DNA of 64,000 bases from NCBI RefSeq assembly GCF_000150275.1, contig NW_002060943.1:6750299-6814298 (forward strand), in the 5' to 3' direction. Below the pieces are notes generated by a model. That model was not told the DNA's origin. It ran no database searches and saw only the letters and a program-made list of their open reading frames with translations. The stretch is from Trichoplax adhaerens. Its lineage: Eukaryota > Animalia > Placozoa. The translations under genes were made by a program, and so were the position numbers. Each line of letters opens with the position of its first letter. The first letter of the stretch is position 1. Positions 26,826-41,200 of the stretch are shown in pieces.

Positions 26826-28195
26826 TCAACGACTACTCCAGTGTAACGGATTTTTTCGAGTAATAGAATGAGGTATCAATCCTTTAGATTTCATTTTTCT
26901 AATAGCTTCCCGTAAATGCTTTGGTTGAATAGGACCGGAATCGTTCCATTTCTCTTTAATATCTAAAGCTATAATACAATGTTTAGAATAGAATAATTAT
27001 TGCATTTGAAGAGGTTCAACGTACTATCTGCTAAGAATTTTGATACGACGATTTACTTCTAATCTTTAATTGAAACCTATCATGCGACTGTGACATAATT
27101 TGGTAGCGTTGTTCTAGCAATAATAAATACTAAAATGCCAACGAGGTAATCAGTCTATAATTAGACTGTTTCATAGTATTCGCTTTTACTGTATTTTCAC
27201 ACCTGACTGAATATGACTTTCTATAAAGAGAAGATAATTAAAAGATCACGCCAATTTTACTAACTTATGAATACGCAGAAGTTGTAAGCCTAATCTGCGA
27301 AACTGACTAAAGACTAAAATCATGTACGAATTTTGGAAAGATATCGGTAGTCATACTGTACCACTCTCTCTTGGTTATTATTTTATACTGATTTAACTTG
27401 ATACTATCAGCAATTGTATTTTAAGTTATCGCTAACTGTCGTAATTATTGAAAACACTAGCTGCTGCAAACTTGATATACTCACTGACCAAGTTCAACAG
27501 ATTCCCCAACGAAGACTTTAGCTATGCCCGACATAGCAATGACGACATTTTGTGGTACAGAAGCTCCAGAGCCGGCAACATTTTGAATTAATCTTTTAAC
27601 TATAGATTTAGGGAAGGCTGCACGCCGATACATTTCGTAGCGATTATGTTGTTCTTCAGTAAACGATGCCACCAATAACCTAGGAGAGAAGAAGAAATGA
27701 AGAAAAAATCCATCATCTTGTAACATCATTAGAGTAGAGTACTGTACTTCGAAACAAGCAGACAAACATTCTGAATCAGTCCTGACTATATCCATGATAG
27801 AAAGTAGTCATGCAATGTCATATAGTTTGACTGTAACTGGCCATAAGTAATATTTCAACGTTTGTATAGTACAATGTTACAATGTCATTTATTATAACAA
27901 ATACGAACTGCATTCGCTCCGTTTCCTCATCGATATTTCGCCTTTCCCAATGGTCGTTATTATTAGCGCTCGTTGTAATTTCATTTGCTTTCTTGGGTAT
28001 AGTTAATGGCTTAGCGAAGTTATAATCATCTCCAGTTTCCTCTACTTTATCCCTTTTGATCTTCTTGGAGTCTGGTTGAAGTGTGTCATCGCCATGTGAT
28101 GCAGGACCTTGAGTAGAGCTATCATCTCTTGATCGCTTGGCTGATCGCTGTTGTCCTTCCTGCTCATCATTTTGCATCTTTAGTTGGTCCTCCAT
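26826..28195 (-). CDS. TAF11: TFIID subunit TAF11, 3 coding exons
   Basis: MQ|[54 protein letters not shown]|[30 protein letters not shown] matches the TAF11 histone fold; acidic low-complexity N-terminus. Confidence 0.95.
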
Positions 28196-28584
28196 CGTTG
28201 ATTGTGGTCAATCTTGGTACAGATTTAGAGTACAGTATAGTACTCAAGACTATTTTGGTAGGCTATTTTTTGCAATAAATTCTTGAAAGACCAGATTAAC
28301 TCACTCACCATGCCAAAATATCCTTCAATTTAATCCATGTCCAAGATCGCTGCTGTTGAATGATTTTCCAGCCGGAAAGAACGTTGCAGTTCTCGTCCAC
28401 CCAAGTTTCTGTTGTGGTTTTCGATGGGCCAACGCTTGAAGTTTCCAAGCTTACCTTTGGGGTACTGGCTGTACTGCAGTACTGAATCATGACTGAAAGC
28501 ATCTGCCCGCGTCCTGTATTGCTCATACAATCGTATTCGCTATAGACTATTATTGTCTAGTCCAGTAAAGTTGTCCATGACACT

Positions 28585-29030
28585 CTACAGTGTACAGTAC
28601 TGTATAAAACGGTGGCCAGAAGTCTTCTGTACTGTACTGTAGAGTTAAAGTCAAGAGTACTGTACTGTACTGCACAGTATGGCCAAATGCTCAGTAATGT
28701 GACTGTACTGTACTGTACAGCGGGATTCAACGGTGTAGGCTAAATCAAGCCCAAAGTAGATAAAATCTCATATGTAGATGTAGCCCAATAGCTAAGAAAT
28801 AGAAATCTAGCTTTCATTTCTATCCATTGATTCTAATTTTCACGTCAAATCTGTAAATAGTCTGAAATTGCTACGGTACTAAAATGAAAATTTCTTACAG
28901 TACGCACAATTCCCCACACCAGTACAGTGTACTGTACTGTACAGTAGTAAGTCTACAGTACAGTCTGTACGATACTTCATACTGTGCATTGTAGCATTCT
29001 GTACTGTAAACGATTTGATGCCATACAGTA
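28585..29030. promoter_or_regulatory. TACTG/CAGTA arrays upstream of TAF11, probable promoter region
   Basis: Dense TACTGTACTGT and ACAGTAC runs at 28585-28720 and 28921-29030, 5' of the minus-strand TAF11. Confidence 0.45.
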
Positions 29031-29799
29031 TCATAGCAAGTGCGCAGCAACCTCTTAAACGCGTACCTATACCTAAGCGCAATGGTGCGAGATGAATTTG
29101 TCGAGTAGCTGGTCCTAAATGATCTTCAAGATATTCGTTAGTATAATGCGATATTGATCTCAATATGTCAAATGAGATGGACAACTAGTGTTGTTCGAGC
29201 CATAAAAATGATTCAGTGCAGGAGTAATTCATCAATTTCAATCATTTGCTGATGACTAAAAGCTTCAATCGACTATTAATCACCGTCATGCAGATCTTGA
29301 TGATCAAAGTCATATCTTTCCAAACAGTATTTTCGATTGCATAGGAAAGGATAGAAATGGAGATCATCATTGCATAACATTCGAATATTATTTCCTACAT
29401 TGTTCGACTTCAGGCTTGGTTCATAACTTCTAGGATAAGCCATCGTCCATTCCATTTATCTTATCCCCGAATCATATTAGCATATGGATCATAAATTGAC
29501 CTAAAATGATTCCATTCCAGCTATTTGATAAAATTCAGTTTTGCGATATACAAGTCTACTGTGCTGTGTATATGTATATGTATATACAAGTAATCATTGC
29601 TATCGCATCCTTCAAGTCCTAACAGCAAATTAATATTATTTTGGTCAAGTTCTGTATGCATATACTTATTCAAAGCTCGGCCTATTACGATCCCTATTAA
29701 AGTAATTGCAGATGGCCGTGTCCATATTGTGCTAAACATGACATAACAACTGTCATGTCGATTTGAAAGATAAAAATTATTACGAGAAGCATGGCTTTT

Positions 29800-29819
29800 G
29801 GGGGGGGGGGGGGGTGGGG
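29800..29819. repeat. G15-T-G4 tract (G-quadruplex capable); a similar G11 lies at 17428-17438
   Basis: Read directly from the sequence. Confidence 0.85.
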
Positions 29820-31106
29820 AGCTGATAGTATCTCCAACTTATTGCATGAGAACTACAACTTCTTGTAAAAACCACTGCACCCCATGAATTAGTCCTTATA
29901 ACAAATATCAATCTTAAAATATAACGAACGATTCAAACTATTTTCGTAAAATCTCATAATCTTAATCTTTAGTTACTTTGCACTACAATTGCATGTAACG
30001 ACAAAATCTAACTTCGAGGGATTATGATGTTATTATAACGGTTACTTCAATGGATATCAGACGCTGTACCTTGTCACTGATTGCATAGACGTTGATAAAG
30101 AATGAAGAAATTTATCACTCCCAGCGATCTAGAGCTGTTTACACATACAATGGACTTGTCATTATTTCGCTATCAAATCTAAATTCCCTTGCGCTGCCCG
30201 TAGTAAATTTATTTGTTGATTGAATGAATATTCGTAGTGCATTCCGCGCTTTAGACAACAGATTGTACTATAATCAGGCTATCATAGGAAGGAGACATCA
30301 AGTCTAGTAGCACTATTGTAATCTATCGCGCTTTAAGCTTCTCTGAGCGTTACTACTGTAGAATCACAGTACTATATTGATAATCCATAGTAGCCAAGGG
30401 CAAAATCATTCTTTGAAAATTATGGTTCTTCTTTAACTGAAACAGTCATTAACTTGTTTCAATCTCAATCTGTCACCATTTCCTTATTATTATCGTAGTG
30501 CTTTTTGAACAGAATCATTTTAAAATTTCTTGACTTTTAAAATGAGTAATCTAGGCTAGGAGTTTAACTGTAAATATTATAATTTCAGTAGTTTTTTCCG
30601 ACGTAGTAGGATTGCTTCGTCAAGTTAACTTTGATTTCATGTATCAAGTCTTCGTATTTTTTACGGCACAGGAGAATAGACACAGATTGATATATTTTAA
30701 CTAGATATTAGTGATACTTTCTGAATTATCTTTCATAAACCTTTGGCTTTACATTCAATTTAATCGCATACGTGGACAATATACTTAGATATAATCAAAG
30801 TACTGTATGTTAGGAAAATAAGAATTCCTAAATATTGAGCCTGTAAATAGGCTATCTTAATGTTAACTTCTTAGCTAAAGCGTTAGCATTATAAATTGTT
30901 ACAGAAATTTAAATCCGCCAATATTGTAACCAATTGCGATACTTTATAATACTGTATTCATAATTGCATAGCTCCATCGCTTTAGTATACATGAAAGTAA
31001 ATCTAAATACAGCCCAAAGTCCAAAGACAGAAATATATTCACTTGAGTCATATCTCCTCGACCCTTTATAGGTTTGATCCTCTCTGACGTTCATCTACTT
31101 ACTTCA

Positions 31107-31667
31107 NANNNNNNNNNNNNNNNNNNNNNNNNNNNNNNNNNNNNNNNNNNNNNNNNNNNNNNNNNNNNNNNNNNNNNNNNNNNNNNNNNNNNNNNNNNNN
31201 NNNNNNNNNNNNNNNNNNNNNNNNNNNNNNNNNNNNNNNNNNNNNNNNNNNNNNNNNNNNNNNNNNNNNNNNNNNNNNNNNNNNNNNNNNNNNNNNNNNN
31301 NNNNNNNNNNNNNNNNNNNNNNNNNNNNNNNNNNNNNNNNNNNNNNNNNNNNNNNNNNNNNNNNNNNNNNNNNNNNNNNNNNNNNNNNNNNNNNNNNNNN
31401 NNNNNNNNNNNNNNNNNNNNNNNNNNNNNNNNNNNNNNNNNNNNNNNNNNNNNNNNNNNNNNNNNNNNNNNNNNNNNNNNNNNNNNNNNNNNNNNNNNNN
31501 NNNNNNNNNNNNNNNNNNNNNNNNNNNNNNNNNNNNNNNNNNNNNNNNNNNNNNNNNNNNNNNNNNNNNNNNNNNNNNNNNNNNNNNNNNNNNNNNNNNN
31601 NNNNNNNNNNNNNNNNNNNNNNNNNNNNNNNNNNNNNNNNNNNNNNNNNNNNNNNNNNNNNNNNNNN
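31107..31667. other. Assembly gap (N run)
   Basis: About 560 N bases. Confidence 1.
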
Positions 31668-32283
31668 TCTTAAAATTTATTTTAATCATATCACGTTTTT
31701 CACGTCTAGTAAGACAAGCTTACGTCAACGGATATTCTCATTTTAGTAATCATGTATGACTTATGTAATATTCATATCAGTTCTTGGTATACAACGATAA
31801 AAATATTAATTTTGCATATTCTAACTTATTAGCTAAGTAACAAAAGAATGCATGTTTTGTTGTCGTTGACAAATGATGAATATCCCGTCGGGCAAAATAA
31901 GCATCATAAAATATAATTGCTATATACGTATAATCTTATTTCTTTTTATTCATTGAACAATTTATTTGTATAGCTTTAATAATCCCCTTTACTCAATGTA
32001 CAAAAATAATTAGTTTCATAGTATCCATTCGAAATAAAACTTACTTCAAGCAAGCAATGACCGAAGTTAATAAAGATTTTAAGAAAGTAAACATACCCGT
32101 ATTTTAGTGGAAAGTACTACTGAAGGAATGATCTATCATCTTTGATAATAAGTTAAATTACATGTTGTTCGTAACAATCCTCAGTGATAACCTTACATTT
32201 TGAATCGAAATCAAATCTTACACAATATTCCACCTAGTGCAAGATCGCTTGAAAGACCAACATTAAAGACGACATTAACTGCG

Positions 32284-35200
32284 ATGGAAAAGATTAATCA
32301 TCTGTGGGATTACGATGCTGATAGGAAGAGTTTGTTTTACTTTTTTGTCATTTTCCTTGTCATCCAATCCTGTTTTTACTCACAAGTAGAAACTTCGGTT
32401 AGTGTCGTATACTCTTTTTTTATAACACATATGCTAAATATTTTCAATGGCAGCTTCTATTCAACATATCGGATGAATTAAACAAGTTTAAATCACTTTT
32501 GCGCTAAGATTGATTTTAGCCAATAATTCATCACGCTATTTTAATATCTCAAACTAATTTGTTCATTTTTCAAAGATTTTCCACAGTAACCATAACTTTT
32601 AGTAGTCCTATTTTTATTTTCAAAGTTAATGAATTTATCTTGTCATTTCGTGCACCTAACACAATTGCATTGTACGTTTGTTAATATTATACACAGCACT
32701 TCATAATTTCAATCATATCAACCTTGAGTATTTTCGTTAGTATATCATGGCTAGACTTTATATGGTTATAAAGTTATCTGTATTTCAGTGAAATTAAAAA
32801 TTTCCATCTTCTTTATGATTTTACATAGATTAACTTAGCTTTAGCAATGATTGAAGCCTTCCTTTATCATGAATGATAACGCATATGCATATAATTAGAA
32901 CGATTTATCTTTGTCTCATGACTTTGATTCTAGAATTAAAATTAGATTTCACTTTGAATAACGTTACAAGTGAAGTTTATTCACTCATAGATCACACAAT
33001 ATTTTATTATAAGCCCATTTAATCAGTTGTTGACTTACTATATTTGAATATATTATCCCTTCTAAATATTTTTATTTGGAAAAAATGACGTATGTATTCG
33101 GCTAATTGGAAGCTATTAGAATATGAAGTATAACTAATCTCTGTAATAATACCCTCGAAATTTCTTAATCAATTCGCTAATCGATTAAGAATCTGATCTG
33201 AATGGAGATATGATAAATAAAATAGATAGGTTGGATAAACAGTACAATAGCAGAAGGTTATTTTTGATATCTTTTTAGAATTTAATGTAAAGTTAATATA
33301 TTTCATATATTGCAGTTTCTGTTTAATCCTAATCTTAAGCAGTAATTCTTTAAGAAACGTTTACGAGAACCAACCTTTAAGTTTTAATTATTATTGGTTT
33401 CCCTGCTTTTACAGTCAACCATCGATATCTAATTCTTTACTTAAATCTGAAGCAATCAAAATATTGTAGTCGATATCTTAATTATTTAAATAAGAATGTA
33501 ACAAATCATTAACGTCTATGCTAACAGTAAACAAACTTACAGGGATAACCTCTTAATTAAATTCAAATATTCTATACCATATGTGTTGGTATATAATGCT
33601 ACCAAAAATGTTTATGACAAACAGGATATATAAAGGAATAGAAAGGATTTATTTTATCTATGTATAGTGTATAACGCTGACACTAAAAAACTTAGCTAAC
33701 ACTAAATAAGTACCTGAAAGATACAGTAGCATCTCATAAGTAACAGAAATTTGTGCTATAAAATTAAAAATATTTTTCCATTCATGCTAGTAAAGACTGA
33801 ACGCTATATTATTGTTCATTCTTAATTCTATGCGCAACCAAATAGCGATATGGTTATAAATATACAACAAACAGAATATGAATTTGAAATCAATAATATG
33901 AAAATATCTGTTTTATGGAAAGAATTAGAATGGATTACTTTACCGCCTTAGCTATATTTTGATGTTTTAGTTGTATGATAAATCTGATAGCACTAAATCA
34001 ATATAAAGAAGTTGAAAAAGATAAGTTTTAGGAATCAGCTTGTAAAAATGATTCACAGCTCATCGTGCCATCGATAACGCCAACTACTATCAGGATGTAG
34101 TGGAATCATTTTCTTCGATTGCCAAATTCCTTAGTTAAATTATTAATGTTTTATCAAACGTATAGGAGATAAAAATATCTACTGTTGACTTTCTTCTGCA
34201 ATTATAATTTGCTCTCCAATTCGACACACATATAGATGCATATGGTAATTTAATTTCATTGACAGACTAATCTTCATTATACAGATATTGCTTTTATGGA
34301 ACAAATGACCTTTCTAACAATTAATTAGTAGGAAATTAAATTGCCTATAGAGCTTCATTTACGTACAATATATAGACATTCATACAGTAGATATCCTGAA
34401 ATTGAAAAATGATTTACTTTATCATAAAATTGATTACACCATAGATTCAAGATCAGGCTTCAGAGGAAAATACCCATGAAGGTAAGTTCATTGAATTAAA
34501 GTAAGAGCCGTTGGCATTATAACTAATACCAATTTTCCTGTATCGGTTATTGTCTAAATTACGTCTAATTAAAAATAGAAAAACATAATCATGTGATAGT
34601 TTACAATATCATCAATACATATGTGAAACAAAGATCAACACATTACCTTCTTTACAAGTCAATAAACTAATCAATCGTTTAATGCCGATAAATATCTCAA
34701 TAAACGATGCAAAAATATTATCAATCATACTGTTCACGAATTAATTAGCTAATTAATAAATCGTACAATCTTTTAATATAATTCTATCAAACTTTGCAAC
34801 TTTAGACGATCACTCTTCAATTCGCTATCAATGTCAAGAAGGATGGATTTTAATTTTCGATAAATGTTATATGATTATTCGAAGACGGGTAACAGTTTTT
34901 ACAGCAATGTATTGGTGTGCTAGATACAATGCACATCTACCTACAATTAGTTCCGATGCTGTCCTAGACGGCTTAATTGCTACTTTCAATTCAAGTGTAA
35001 CACAATATTGGATTAACTTGTTTAAGACATCTAATGACACTAGTATTCATTGGAAATGGCGAAGGAATCCTGAGTCAGATTATTTTCGATGGGCGGTAGG
35101 TCAGCCTCAGCGAACTAAATATAGCAGGCATTGTTGCATTTTCAATGGTTTGCTTAATCCATCCGGTTTTGATGACGTAAACTGCTATACTAGTGCCAGC

Positions 35201-38200
35201 TATCTATGCCAAAAAGGTCGATAATGATTAATAAATAAGTCCTCATTTTAGTGCCGAAGATTCAAATATCCTAATAAAAGGAAATTTTTGGATTAAATTA
35301 CTAAACGATTATATATTATACAAACAAATTCAGAACCATTTTATATTTTATTTTCAGATCCGTTAAAAGTCGGTTACATTTCTGATGATTCTGTCTCTAC
35401 TCTTGTGCCAGAACATCACAATTCCAAAGGTTAGGACAGATCAGAGCTTAATTTGAAAAATATTTTCATTTCTTGTAATGATAAATTGCAGTATTTCTAA
35501 AGAATATCATGAATATCATGATATCTCATCTTGCTATATCCTACAGCTTTTTAGAATTACTTACTTAGTAAGCATTCATATTACTATAGATGCATCGATT
35601 ATATTAATTATTTAATAGAAAAACTTTACTATACAGTAAGTATCAGTCACGATAATCATAATGTAAATTGAAAAATACTTCTTGCTATTTAACTTTATCT
35701 GTAATTAGTTACCGTACACAATTACGCATTTGAAATTATTGCATATTCAGCACATGCTGATCAATAATGCCTCCGAAAGTATCAGTTATTTCATAATTTA
35801 TTTCTTCACCTGCTTAATGAAAAATACGCATAATATGATAATAACTTACTATTATAGATTTGTATGGGCCTGTAAATTAACAAATTATTGACAAAAAATT
35901 TACAGGTAGCCTAATTTCAATGAATAGCTCTTTTACATCATTCATTAATACCGATGATTCGTACTTTATAGAATAGAAAATAAAATTTACCATCGTTAAA
36001 TAGATATGTAAAAGTTGCATTTTATGTATTTACTATTATTAATTATGGGTATCTTAATAGTATTCTAACTTACTAAGTAAGTATCGAATATTACCGTGTT
36101 ACAATTCTCCTTTGTAATTAGAAAACTGGTCTTAAACACAATCTTCACTCGTACTCATATTCCCAACTAACTTAGGGACCTATCGTAGTTGAACTAACTC
36201 TCAACTACACAAATAAGCTACTATTGAGTAATAGGTTTAAATACTTCACTTTATTTACGTTAATTTTAGTCGTAAAATGCACTAAAGAAAAACGTAAGAA
36301 TACTCTTAGCAATAATAGTCAAGTGATCCTGCAAGTGACTAAATGGAACTGAGCAGCTAAGCCAGTGCTTGGCTTTTTATAGTATCGGCCTACGCCGATG
36401 GAGCACTTGTGAATATTCTTGGCATAACGAATTACACTGTATAGTATAATACCGCCATGAATAAATAGTAAAAGGATCTCAAAATTATGTTGCTATTATG
36501 GTAACTATCTGATCTGCATATGTTGATACTATGAGCAATAGTAAGTTCATTGATGTACCATATCTATCTAGCAATGCTTAGTAAAGCAACGTTATTTATA
36601 TGTTGAACAAGCTCAAGCAAAATTTTGTTGTAATAGCAATAATATTCAATTTTTGTAATTTTTTACTTTCCGATGCGTGCAATCACTTTTCTGCAGAAAT
36701 TTGATGCGCGCATAATACGGAAGGCTATTTTTCGAGGACACTATACGTACGTACAAACAAATTATCAGTAAAGTATTTTATAAGATTTAAGTAAGACCGC
36801 ATTATACCTTATCCATCTAGTCATTTCTAGCCAACAGCTAGCTACATTCTTCGCTGAATTAATAGATTAAAGGATTATTCAATCACCATCCATGCTGGTA
36901 ACAAGGTTTATAAAATTGAACAATTTACGCTTTCTTGATTTTAAGCTGAAAATGTTTTAAATTTTCAATTACTACTGTCATAAGTAAAGTATTGGAAACC
37001 TTAATATATACGATCATTGCTATACTATTGAAAGAGCTTTACAAAGACAATAGCATACCTTAATCTCTTTATTGGCCAAATTTTTATCTATATCTTCATC
37101 TATTTATCAATCAACTATAATTTTATACCATAATATCATTCTGTCGCCATCTAATCATCTAGTTTAAGGCACATCTTAACCTACTCTAATAATGTTACTC
37201 AACTTTATAGGTAGCAACGGCAATTCTTATCCTAGTGTATCCATTGTATCCTCACTTTCAGCTGATTTGGTTGGTCGTTTGTTACGATTGATTTTCTTTA
37301 CTTAAATCGAGCATTAGATCACAAATTGAATTGATTAAGATTACCTATCGTCTTAATCTAGTCCTAATGTATATTAATAGTTTTTCCTTTTGTATCTTAA
37401 TTCGATGTTCAACTAGCTAAAAGATTAAATAAGTTCAATTAACTTATATTTCAAAAATTATTAAAAATTAGATGTTACAGGATCCAATCATCATCCAAAT
37501 GAATATTTTTTCCGGGCAACTGGTGCCGATTGATGGAGATTTTAGAAGTAGTACAATTTTGAACAACTTGAATTTTATTGCTAATTCTGAAGGCTCAAGA
37601 TTAGTATATACTACTTCCTCCGATTACTCACTATATGCGATGCAATCAACAAGCTTAAGTTTTACATCATTTACCGATTACATTGAAGATAGCATCAGCC
37701 AGCATATTAGCAGTTTTAAAGTGGGCAAGACAACTTCAGTGGTGCTCAGCCAAAGTTCTTATGCAATTAATGATCCGCTAGATAGTTCTTTAACTACAGA
37801 CGTATACGAACAGAAAAAAGTTTTCGCTAAGGAAACGATTAAGGTTAGCGCCTCAAAAACCGTCAAATTTTCAGACAGCACCTATCCATCAAATCTGTAT
37901 TTATATGATGAGACTTTAGCAGTATCTCAAAAAAATAGTCCTCCTGTAACAAGTTCTATGTCTTGGATCTATTCAACAATGGCTAGTGCGTCCTTGCGGT
38001 GTTCTGATTTATTTTATAAATATCTTGTTACTTCTATTGGCGACCAAAAACGATCAGAGGTATTAGTATATGCTCAAACTAGCAACTTTATATCTGAAAT
38101 AGCAAAAAAATCCTATTTTAATAATTCATCTACGACAAAAATAAACGAAAAAGCATCAGATGCAGTTTATGATGAAAGTACATTGCTATTCGATTTAAAT

Positions 38201-41200
38201 TATCTCTCGGAAGATACTTCACCAAGTCTAGATCTTATGAATGATGAAATATTGCCGAGTCCAATCTACCAAGATTATCATACATCATCGAAAGGAATTG
38301 ATAGTGATGATTTTGGATTATCGTTACCCTATACAAATAAAGTCGATGCTCTTATCTTTCAAAATGAAGATAACGTGGAGTTTACTCAAAATTCGACTGC
38401 TAATACTGACATCAACTCTTCGTTGTCAGAACAATTTACGGATGAGCAAATAATGGAGGCTGGTATGAAAATTTAGAATTTAACTGCGAATTAAGATAAT
38501 ATGATTTCTTTTTTCTGTAATATTTAAACAAGCACTAATCAAAATTTTACAGTTATTGAATTTGCTGCTAGTATGCCTGAATTTAAGAACTATGAATTTC
38601 TTGAGGTAATAATTTACTTTTAGTTTAACGCAAGAATTACTAACCAATATGATCAATCATTCCCAAATTTACAGTAAATAGAGAGTTTTAATGTTATCCA
38701 GGATAGGAGCACGAGCACGTAGGGCTTTTTACTTGCTCTATTTCTATCACTTTTACTCCAATTGTTCATAATTAATCAATGTGCTAATGAATACTAGAAG
38801 CATTAAATATCATACTGTTCTTTAAAATAGCTAAAATCAGACACAAGCATTCAGAGCTATCGATTTTGTAGCAATCAAAAATTTATTTATTCTTGCGATA
38901 TCTTCAAATTATTGTCTATTGTTTCTGTCATATCTACGTTCGATACCTGATGCTTTTAAAAGTCCGACTATCAATATTTACTACAACTGGAAGAAAAAAG
39001 CCAGCAATTAGCACTACAATTAAGGGAAATAGAAGCAGCAATAGATACTGTGTATATGAATAAAACGAATCTATTGGGTAAGTCATATAAAGCATCCTTC
39101 CAATGAAAATAACGCAGTATCCAGCTACATATCTATATGCATAGTAGAAAGATCACAATCAATGTTAGCTCATCGTATTTATGATTTGCATTTAAAAACT
39201 TTTGCTATCATATTTCGTATGACTACCAATCATTAGCAATATTATGAATTTTCAGTCTAACAATAATAGTGCTCTATCGTAGATTACGAAAGATTTGCTT
39301 TTATTTTTATTTGCCTTCGCTAAAATAACCTTTATACCAATAAAAAGCTGTAAAGGTCGTTGCAAAGAAATATCGTGACATGAAAAACTGGACCATTTTA
39401 AGATTGAATCTTTCGGGAAATGATTCAATCCTCATTGAAATACCAAAAGAACCGATTCAGACGAAATCGGAAGGTTGAATATGAGAAAATTTATTTCTTG
39501 ATATAGAGCGATACGGCTATAGAACGACAACTCTATAAAATTATAATAAAGTTTAATGTGACCTCCAATTATGTTTAATCAAATTGCGTATATCAATAAA
39601 ACTTGATCAACTGATTACGTAACAATTACTCCGTTCCATGCTAATTTTCCAGTTTATATATTTTTATGTATCTCTTTTTATTTTTAAAAGATGACTATGT
39701 CATTATTATTGCTTGGGCAATGGATATGCGTAATACTTCATTAAGAAAAAGTTTCAGGTATTATTAAGTAACTTAATTACGCCATCCTATAATGGAAAAT
39801 GGATTTATTCTGCGATAGATTGAGCTATTGTAATTGAATGCTGCCAGATTTAATATCATATTGTTCTCGATAGAAAGTATATCCATTAGATTCATTTATA
39901 AAACGGTCAAAGTAGAGTTAGATCTCTTCTATTTTGAGATATTGGTCTCTTCGTTGAATTACTCGTTCATTCTTTCATCCTACTGATTATTATTGCTAAA
40001 GTATAATAAATCGTATGAGTGAATCATGTGATGTATTGCATTTATTATAATCCATTAAAATTAACTTTCAGTATTTAAATTTGTATTACAGTTGATATCC
40101 AATTTTTTGATGCAGTAAAATTTATAAAAATTTATGTTCTTTGTTGTTAACCAAGGATTAAAGTAGCTAATGGTTTTTGCAAAAATTTTTGTAATATAAC
40201 AGAATGAGACGTGAACAAGTTAACGTTGGAGATTTGATAGCGTCATGTATAGTATATCCAAGCAAGGACTATACGCATGATTTTTACATGAAACCAGTAT
40301 CTGTAACATTTCGAGGAGTCGAGGTAAGAAATGATAATCCAAATCACTTTATAAAATACTTTAAGATATAAGCTTATGAATAAGCTAATCAATATTTACA
40401 TTCTCATATCAGCGATTAAATTTTGCAGTAGTATTATTTCAATGTTAGTAAGATTGAATATTTTAATCGATTACAGATTCCATCAAATCACGTCAGTAGC
40501 TGTGGCTTCTTGACCCCATCGTATGTATATTTACGCGTATGCTTTGGTGATTTTTAAGATTATCGTATGAGTATTTTATAAGCGGCTTACGATAATATTT
40601 TAGTCGATGAACCCCATTGAATATTATTTAAGTTATTTTTATTATGTTAATATTTATAAAACGATGATTAGATCAGCTTGGAATTAGCGCTCATGCTTTA
40701 TAGTTTGTTAATTACTAAAGGACATAATTTTAATTGTTATTATAGAGGCAATTGGTCAATTGAAGGGCTACGAACAGCACATCTCAATTCTACTCATATA
40801 ATCTGCTTAAGTAATCATTTAACAAGCTTTGCTATCCTATTTCAACAGTCTGATGTTATCGTAAGGCTTTTCAATCAATTATTAAATTTAAACTTCTATT
40901 AAATAATAATATTTGGCAGTACACTAAGAATAATTATAGAATCTCATGCATGCTATGTCCCGATTTATAGATTCCTAATCAGCATGATCATATCTTAACC
41001 ATCATAACCTATGTTGGCACGATAGTCTCGTTATTTTGTCTAGGATTAACTATTGCAACCTACACCTGCATCAGGTAATGCCAAGAATTGAAACGATATT
41101 AATCTAAGGAGACTAGATATTTTTACGCCACTTTAGTAAACTTTATTCAATTTGTTTATTGTGCCTTTTATACTTACCGTAACTTTATTTTCACTATTTC

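Noticed and set aside
31074-31689. Two ~200-aa ORFs
   Set aside because: Artefacts of translating the N gap.
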